The translations under genes were made by a program, and so were the position numbers. DNA of 64,000 nucleotides from Bacteroidia bacterium (GTDB taxonomy: Bacteria; Bacteroidota; Bacteroidia; NS11-12g; UBA955): positions 1,196 to 65,195 of the forward strand of contig JBIPNH010000004.1 in NCBI GenBank assembly GCA_044373665.1, read 5' to 3'. This document shows positions 60,101 through 64,000 of the stretch, piece by piece; the stretch's first letter is position 1; every line of letters begins with the position of its first letter. Below the pieces are notes generated by a model. The model searched no databases and had not been told where the DNA came from. It saw only the letters and a program-made list of their open reading frames with translations.

Positions 60101-61350
60101 CATGAATTGTAATTAATAGCCATATTGGCACACACACCTGGCATGCACGAAAACGTTTCCCATCTAATAAATAAAGTATCTCCGGGTTTCAAATCGGGAG
60201 TTTTAATTCTAAAAAAAGTAATAGGGTTAGAACCCAAGCAACTGTACGCCCCTATATTATAACCATAAACCAAACTGTCTATGACTGGCAAAGACCATGA
60301 ACCTTTGTGACCAATTTTTATTTTCAATGTACTAGTATCCAATCGACTCATCAAAGTGTAATATTGATTGATACTTACTCTATTTGCAGAGGCCACCATT
60401 GAGCCTATGTTTGTAATTCTTAACTCAGAACTGTGTCTATTATTGTTGTAACAAGTTGGATACGAAGGAAAAGGTATTGCTTTTAAATTGGGTATTTTAT
60501 TACTTATACTTGCTGAATTGGAAGCTTTTGAAATTAAACATGTTTTACCGTTACACCCCCACGACAATTCATAACTTGTGGTCAAAGTTTTACAACCTTT
60601 AATAAGCAATGAATCTATTAACTCAATGGTTTCATTTTGGTCGAGCAATGAATCATTATTACCTATTTTAACAAAATGCGAACCATTGAATGTGGTATAA
60701 ACGGTATCACCTGAAAAACTATTAACGCCATTATTGACTTTGTAAATTTGGACATCCTTTCCATTTATTCTTTTTAGCTTGAGTTCCTTTAGGGGACCTT
60801 TTCCGAAGTTCCCGATGGTAATTTTTCTTCCAAACTTTGAATTAATATCTCCAACAAAATTTGGGTTAGTAATACTAGAATATTGGGCTGATGGCACGTT
60901 AACAGCGAAAGGATTTGAGGAGCCTATGTCGAAATTTCCAGAGTAATTAACCCTAACATTGACAACCGGAACATTGCTAGAGTTTAGAAATTGTAATAAA
61001 TCGCAGTTTGAAGTAAGCGTTACTCTAAGTTTAATATTTTGCGCCACTCCAATATTGGGAGCACTGAAAACAGGTTGGTTAAGATTAGTAATATTACTTT
61101 CCGAAATTCCACTTCCTACAACAGTTCCTGCTCTGTAGAGTACACCCGGAGGAAGGTTTAATACCACATTAACAGAATTCACAGCGCTGCCTGTAATGTT
61201 AAAAACTTGAACATTAGCGGTATCATTTATTCCGCAAATTGATAGTTTCTTAGGAGGTGAACATTGTATAGAAAGCCTATTGCCCTGAGCATGTATCAAT
61301 ATTGGAATTAGAAAGAGAATAAAACAGAATAACTGGTATATTTTTTTCAA
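54103..61350 (-). CDS. giant (2415 aa) surface protein with CARDB/DUF11-like modules, ~9 PKD-like modules and T9SS type-B (gliding-motility-associated) C-terminal domain
   Basis: Signal peptide MKKIYQLFCFILFLIPILIHAQ. Repeated ..N(I/L)G..-type modules over ~1500 aa, then PKD-like repeats. C-terminus FSPNDDAINEVYEP...MSIFNRWGQLIYKT...GWDGKF...GYYLAVFKV...SSFILLR matches the type-B CTD pattern. Confidence 0.88.
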   Translation of the reverse strand: MKKIYQLFCFILFLIPILIHAQGNRLSIQCSPPKKLSICGINDTANVQVFNITGSAVNSVNVVLNLPPGVLYRAGTVVGSGISESNITNLNQPVFSAPNIGVAQNIKLRVTLTSNCDLLQFLNSSNVPVVNVRVNYSGNFDIGSSNPFAVNVPSAQYSSITNPNFVGDINSKFGRKITIGNFGKGPLKELKLKRINGKDVQIYKVNNGVNSFSGDTVYTTFNGSHFVKIGNNDSLLDQNETIELIDSLLIKGCKTLTTSYELSWGCNGKTCLISKASNSASISNKIPNLKAIPFPSYPTCYNNNRHSSELRITNIGSMVASANRVSINQYYTLMSRLDTSTLKIKIGHKGSWSLPVIDSLVYGYNIGAYSCLGSNPITFFRIKTPDLKPGDTLFIRWETFSCMPGVCANMAINYNSWLYSATYQDQCKNNLQLAAAWGRWYDQHYFASSTFAPSDLINNQVGEFRTLISSASILGRTSSAVFIVDLILPSGLSHSRLKKDLYFINADLTAQWNPDSIVKIGDTIRSYFPNNIPISLVNAELVYYLKADCSQTGANGNKTIQLQMKYSPNKSCSKREWFYLFCQSTQLKLHCYSNCNGGMMFKNFSVQRINFGKPDNNNDGLPDNSGNLDTLRIREERTLFGDTVMATYTGIVKRTSSIATWRHLFAESNIGYGRFLTFLNAEITVYRGGNSRMNCFRNTSVKAISGVNASFKVDLSLDSLGSCLPQNFRYVNNDSIVVKLKFKVTENLGGSAIIQNFSNLFYLSNVANPTSNTNRFQCDTFSGKTILTGYYYTNYGRDNINVNNCNVIGVSNNYYIGIGPCCSNYGGNNYFPYEYRSFSRLKAIRFYTPQGYKYRSSYLNQYRTAGSNKTAVEVKDTIRPVNAQSYPLVFDVTKHFKDSGGVFNYSDDAFHGVYAAYLEPTCEIPSTAPQVIKYDFIFEKLNSFGVGFDTIKSATQDDYIQYNRPVVSIKPLSPTIYAAQDTAEWEVNYTNLSTSFSNLNTWFAPDNSGPVKIVQIKDAVRDTLMPVKNGVFRLGTIGFNNTRRFKIRATYNTCNKDSVILYSGWNCGGYPTDIANFNCQKDRITLYIEPQNTQFQVGITDSITTADLCGQTPYQYTLENIGSTTAYNTKAIVTLPIGMKIVSGSCYIKYPHKSFKQAISNPTLVNGTTYEWPLSSINNLLSQGFKGVSDTNRNKIIIYFKVQTDCDYSSGNYIRASAKGNIKCGESIITYPGISNSLNIKGVTRPYFTLVKVLTDSILPCQKSTKVRVRIINLGPDKTGIEDKYQAILIKGMVYDSTLYQSIYNAPNPSLTKFRNINGATEVEMSLKSGIVPGDSMEFNFGFMSNSEDLSCGLQDLYSQAAVKQEVKCVADNTLCNINVITGNNLNKPNVYKGSLLLQSLKSNIQSVNSDSEFLNLQFNIRNVGNAISNANSVVFKYIYDQNNSGTVDPFDFVVYTDTLKSSLNRNQSAFVNKSVRVAAGQSCNLFVVIDSSSCSCNFTFAKFPVPILRNAGPDIQLCSKLNTTIGIDSTKGFKYFWTPNLYLSNETKSKTQFNALNEDTGSLKISYVLTTNRGTCSSRDTMVAVVYSLPKVTMVQRDTTICQYNKVRLSAKAFQGNGNLSLLWTPNAGLNNYTNNQAIAFNDTSRTYRITVTDNKSCKVSDTVRMTVKSLPVAAFTYVQKCQGEPTLLKDSSTIPNDVINYNRWTSAPSDTINAAQWLLDLNNQTSASVRLVVSSPFGCKDTVVKTVNAYPKPVSRFSLANVCFTDSVSANNLSQIASGTINTIQWITGDGNLVNKPSYRYYYNTADTFVIGLAVNSNFNCKDTSYRNVIVHPRPTADFSINNVCIGDSTQLQQLSQINDDSIVSYRWNINNEWIQTTELKYLFPKDTQFKVKLVVKSTQNCMDSIQKTSWVYPLPVADFKADPVCELTNSKIVNLSKITKDSILTYRYLLPDASNYTTRNFTHLFSVGDTFDIQLIVNSVRGCKDTIIKPHIVYPKIVPNFTLLDHCYLDSLRIQDNSTYVNTNIAKWKWHFGGDSAQVQNPRYQYKQWILNTPVKLKVTSTENCSYQIQKNVNVYPLPQVDFSDTNRCVDNQFNFTNRTTIDWGNITGYTWRFGNYLIDTTTSPYHRFPAAGNFIVKLAAISNQNCIDSVIKTITSYPPVVVNFESQNVCIENPIQFKDSSLTPYAKIIEHKWQMDDGSEYTSKQPIHLYNSAGKYNVNYQIKTDYNCLYDTTKQVEVYPKPSALFSLDKGVGTILDPEVTITDLSSGADTLWYDLGDGTHSSLRNLMHLYPDSGLYYIKQYVRTQFNCNDSFVQKLRIKYLFVFNAPTAFSPNDDAINEVYEPIGMGIKNYEMSIFNRWGQLIYKTTEGKGWDGKFQGDFVQDGYYLAVFKVKDFRGISHYLKSSFILLR

Positions 61351-61467
61351 TTCAAATCAATATTTTACTTGTTAGTGACTCTTAATTTTTTGTTTTAAGG
61401 AGGTCAAAGTTAAAAAATAAACTGAATCAAACAAGAAAAAAATGAAATTTAATGCGTTTCAAACACA

Positions 61468-61890
61468 TTAATCTTTCATTCTGAGCTCAATATCTTTTCC
61501 ATCGACTCTTTGAATGACCCAACACTCTGAATTTTTCAATCTAAGAATTTTCCATTCATTTTGTTGAGAAGTACCTTTGGGAGTGAAAATTATTTTAGAC
61601 TTATCATCAGAAAATTTCCAAGCACCATTTTCTTGATAATTTGTTAAATTAAATGGTCTGTATGAGAGCGTATATGAGTCGTCTTTGCCGATTATAACTT
61701 TATAGTCCACATAAGCTCTTTTGTAATCATCTGTTTTATCAACTCCACTTTCAAAAACCTGGTCGATAATCCAAGTATTGACAGCTCTTGATTTTTTGGA
61801 AATCAGACTAAAAGATGGCCCTTCTTCGTACTGACAAGCACTGAATAAAACAAGACCTAAACTAAAGACAATTAATGATATAGATTTCAT
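61468..61890 (-). CDS. small lipoprotein (lipocalin-like?)
   Basis: 140 aa; lipobox LFSAC. The W..DQV...W.ILRL pattern suggests a lipocalin-like beta-barrel (weak). Confidence 0.5.
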   Translation of the reverse strand: MKSISLIVFSLGLVLFSACQYEEGPSFSLISKKSRAVNTWIIDQVFESGVDKTDDYKRAYVDYKVIIGKDDSYTLSYRPFNLTNYQENGAWKFSDDKSKIIFTPKGTSQQNEWKILRLKNSECWVIQRVDGKDIELRMKD

Positions 61891-62090
61891 ATTTTACAAA
61901 CAAAGATATTCAATATTTTTAAAAAACCAAACAATAGGAATAAAAAAAACAAAGGCAGAAAATGACCTAAGTAAGTATTTGTTGGAAATTTTTATAACCT
62001 TTTAAGTGGCATTAATGCTTTAGTGCCATCCAAAAAATTAGCTTGTATAAAGTTAACCCTTAGTTCAACTTTATTGAAATTTGGCAATCG

Positions 62091-62600
62091 TTAATCAATC
62101 AAAAACGCTTTCAATTCAGCAGCGTCTTCTTTTTTCATTTTACCTGCCATTATTAACCTCACTTGTCTTCTTCTTAAAGCGCCATCATATTTAATTTTTT
62201 GCGCTTCTGTTTGTGGTTCTAATGCTGGCACTACAATGGGTTTATTTCTTGAATCTAAAGCAACAAAAGTGTAGTAGGCATCGTTGCACTTGTATTTTTC
62301 ACCTCTAGGTATATTTTGGGCATACACCTCTATAAACACTTCCATCGATGAATTAAAGGAACGCGTAACATAAGCTTCTAAGGTTACTACATCTCCTAAT
62401 CTGATAGGTTCTTTGAACGACACCCCATCAACACTAGCGGTTACTACTATACTATTACTGTGTTTTTGTGCTGCAATGGCTGCTGCAATATCCATCCAAT
62501 GTAACAATCTACCACCCATCAAATTATTAAGTGTATTGGTATCGTTTGGCAAAACGATTTCGTTCATTATTGTGTATGAATCTTCTGGTTTTTTTATCAT
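62091..62600 (-). CDS. acyl-CoA thioesterase (hotdog fold, YciA/BFIT-like)
   Basis: 169 aa; N.LGGRLLHWMD.AAAIAA and VTASVD..SF motifs. Confidence 0.85.
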   Translation of the reverse strand: MIKKPEDSYTIMNEIVLPNDTNTLNNLMGGRLLHWMDIAAAIAAQKHSNSIVVTASVDGVSFKEPIRLGDVVTLEAYVTRSFNSSMEVFIEVYAQNIPRGEKYKCNDAYYTFVALDSRNKPIVVPALEPQTEAQKIKYDGALRRRQVRLIMAGKMKKEDAAELKAFLID

Positions 62601-62621
62601 TTTTTTATGTTTTAAATTGTT

Positions 62622-63341
62622 TTATTCCCAAAGCCATTTTGCTTTTGCAACAGGCTTTAATCCAAAAGGTGCTATTGTATTTAGTACAATAAATTCAACC
62701 GCTTCATCCACATCGTCTGTCAATAAAAACAAATGTTTGTCTTCCGCGCTAATGGTCCCTTCCTCTAACATTGTATCCATGTAAGCCACTAAATTTTTGT
62801 GGTATTCTTTTCCAAAAATAACAACAGGATATTTCTTAATCATGGTTGTTTGGATTAATGTTAGCACTTCAAAAAGTTCATCTAAAGTTCCAAAACCTCC
62901 TGGTACTGCTACTAATCCATAAGAATATTTGAGTAATAATACTTTCCTAACAAAGAAGTATTTGATATTGGTAAATCTATCTAAAAAAGGGTTTGGACTT
63001 TGCTCAAACGGCAATACAATGTTGCATCCTACTGACCTTCCTCCCACATCTTTAGCCCCTCTATTGGCAGCCTCCATAGCTCCGGGACCACCCCCTGTCA
63101 TTATCGTAAATCCAGTCCTTGCAATTTTCCCAGCCAATTCTCTCGTTTGTATATAGTAAGGATGGTCTTCCTTGAATCGAGCTGACCCAAAAATAGTAAT
63201 ACAAGGACCCACAAAATGCAAAACCCTAAAACCTTTTACAAACTCCAAAGCAACTTTAATGGTGAATAAAAAATCTTTTAATCTTGATTGAGGTCCTGCT
63301 AAGAATTTTATTTCTTCGGAATTGAATTTATGGTTACTCAT
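62622..63341 (-). CDS. LOG-family (TIGR00730) Rossmann-fold nucleotide-binding protein
   Basis: 239 aa; TGGGPGAMEAANRGA and PGGFGTLDELFE motifs. Confidence 0.88.
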   Translation of the reverse strand: MSNHKFNSEEIKFLAGPQSRLKDFLFTIKVALEFVKGFRVLHFVGPCITIFGSARFKEDHPYYIQTRELAGKIARTGFTIMTGGGPGAMEAANRGAKDVGGRSVGCNIVLPFEQSPNPFLDRFTNIKYFFVRKVLLLKYSYGLVAVPGGFGTLDELFEVLTLIQTTMIKKYPVVIFGKEYHKNLVAYMDTMLEEGTISAEDKHLFLLTDDVDEAVEFIVLNTIAPFGLKPVAKAKWLWE

Positions 63342-63347
63342 TTTTTT

Positions 63348-63628
63348 GTTTAGGTGTTTATTTGTTTAGGCGTTTAGGCGTTTAGGCGTTTATTTGTTTA
63401 GGCGTTTAGGTGTTTGTTAGTCATTCTGGAAAAAGCTGTACTTTGGATTGTGATTTGGGCTTTTATTCAGAATCTCTTCCACTTTTAGGTTTATTTGTTT
63501 AGGCGTTTAGGTGTTTATTCGTTTAGGCGTTTAGGTGTTTATTAGTCATTCTGGAAAAAGCTGTGCTTTGGATTGTGATTTGGGCTTTTATTCAGAATCT
63601 CTTCCACTTTTAGGTTTATTTGTTTAGG
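63348..63628. repeat. tandem 8-mer arrays interleaved with two copies of an 87-bp unit (period 125 bp)
   Basis: Nine consecutive GTTTAGGY/GTTTATTT 8-mers (63348-63419), the 87-bp unit TTAGTCATTCTGGAAAAAGCTGTACTTTGGATTGTGATTTGGGCTTTTATTCAGAATCTCTTCCACTTTTAGGTTTATTTGTTTAGG (63417-63503), seven more 8-mers (63489-63544), then a second 87-bp copy (63542-63628, one A/G difference). Lies between the MMPL stop and the LOG start. Confidence 0.85.
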
Positions 63629-63640
63629 TATATTCAAATA

Positions 63641-64000
63641 TTACTCGTTTGTTTCATCTGTTTCGAGGACGGCATCACTTAGTTCGTCTTTCGGATTTAA
63701 GCCTTTTTCAAAACTTAAAATCAAGGCAGGTAATACAAACAAGTTACTGAACAATGCAACCAATAATGTAGATGCTGTTAAAAAACCTAATGCAACAGTT
63801 CCTTGAAAGTTAGAGAACGTAAAAATGATAAATCCGAAAAACAAAACCACAGAGGTGTAAATCATGCTTTGACCCATTTCTTTAATTGTTTTGGACAACA
63901 CAGAACTAACTGACCCTTTGCTTCGTTTGAGCTCGTGCCTAAACTTGGTTAAAAAGTGAATGGTATCGTCTACGGCTATACCAAATGCAATACTGTAAAC
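63641..64000 (-). CDS. MMPL/RND-superfamily transporter, C-terminal fragment (gene runs off the right edge)
   Basis: The frame is open to the window edge: VYSIAFGIAVDDTIHFLTKFRHELKRSKGSVSSVLSKTIKEMGQSMIYTSVVLFFGF... This is the typical last TM bundle of MMPL/SSD-type RND transporters. The track's 63901 start is internal. Confidence 0.8.
   Translation of the reverse strand, partial: VYSIAFGIAVDDTIHFLTKFRHELKRSKGSVSSVLSKTIKEMGQSMIYTSVVLFFGFIIFTFSNFQGTVALGFLTASTLLVALFSNLFVLPALILSFEKGLNPKDELSDAVLETDETNE

Noticed and set aside
63348-63419. GTTTAGG(C/T) arrays resemble plant-type telomere repeats (TTTAGGG)
   Set aside because: The period is 8, not 7. The arrays lie internal to a bacterial gene neighbourhood and are interleaved with other units, so the resemblance is coincidental.

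Overview
Densely coded, low-GC chromosomal segment of Bacteroidota type (Flavobacteriia/Cytophagia-like). That placement is inferred from T9SS sorting domains, TAnnTTTG promoter boxes and gene content. I support 48 protein-coding features. Two small ORFs and a 5' fragment of aspS are missing from the supplied ORF track, and an MMPL/RND gene runs off the right edge. I also support four rho-independent terminators, several candidate promoter or operator sites, and three repeat-rich intergenic regions. By eye I saw no rRNA, tRNA, CRISPR/cas, transposase, integrase, phage or recognisable defence/toxin genes.

The content falls into three themes.
(1) Housekeeping runs: aspS', nadK, ndk, ppx-like, panB, dapA, S41 protease, yicC; then rpe, ribE, metF, rsgA, aroE and others.
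(2) Six type IX secretion (T9SS) cargo genes: five with a type-A C-terminal domain (CTD) and one with a type-B CTD. Together they occupy about 23.5 kb (about 37%) of the window. They include a 12-kb tandem trio at 14.8-26.8 kb, in which the first and third genes share a colinear ~590-aa PKD 'stalk' under unrelated N-terminal 'heads'.
(3) A mevalonate (MVA) pathway set split into two minus-strand blocks. One block is mvk plus a translationally coupled UbiA-type prenyltransferase (29.8-31.7 kb). The other is idi2-HMGR, then GHMP kinase-mvaD-flavoprotein (36.4-42.1 kb). They are separated by a 4.7-kb insert: a plus-strand T9SS cargo gene bracketed by the two largest, repeat-laden intergenic regions in the window.

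I do not see a clear-cut novel multi-gene system of the defence or toxin kind. The best candidates for undescribed biology are:
- the MVA + DGGGPS-like prenyltransferase + HI0933/BaiN-like flavoprotein association;
- the head-swapped T9SS trio;
- a family of composite hairpin/8-mer intergenic repeats shared between 31.7, 35.7-36.3 and 63.4 kb.

All family calls come from motifs read by eye and from memory of family consensus. No database search or computation was possible.
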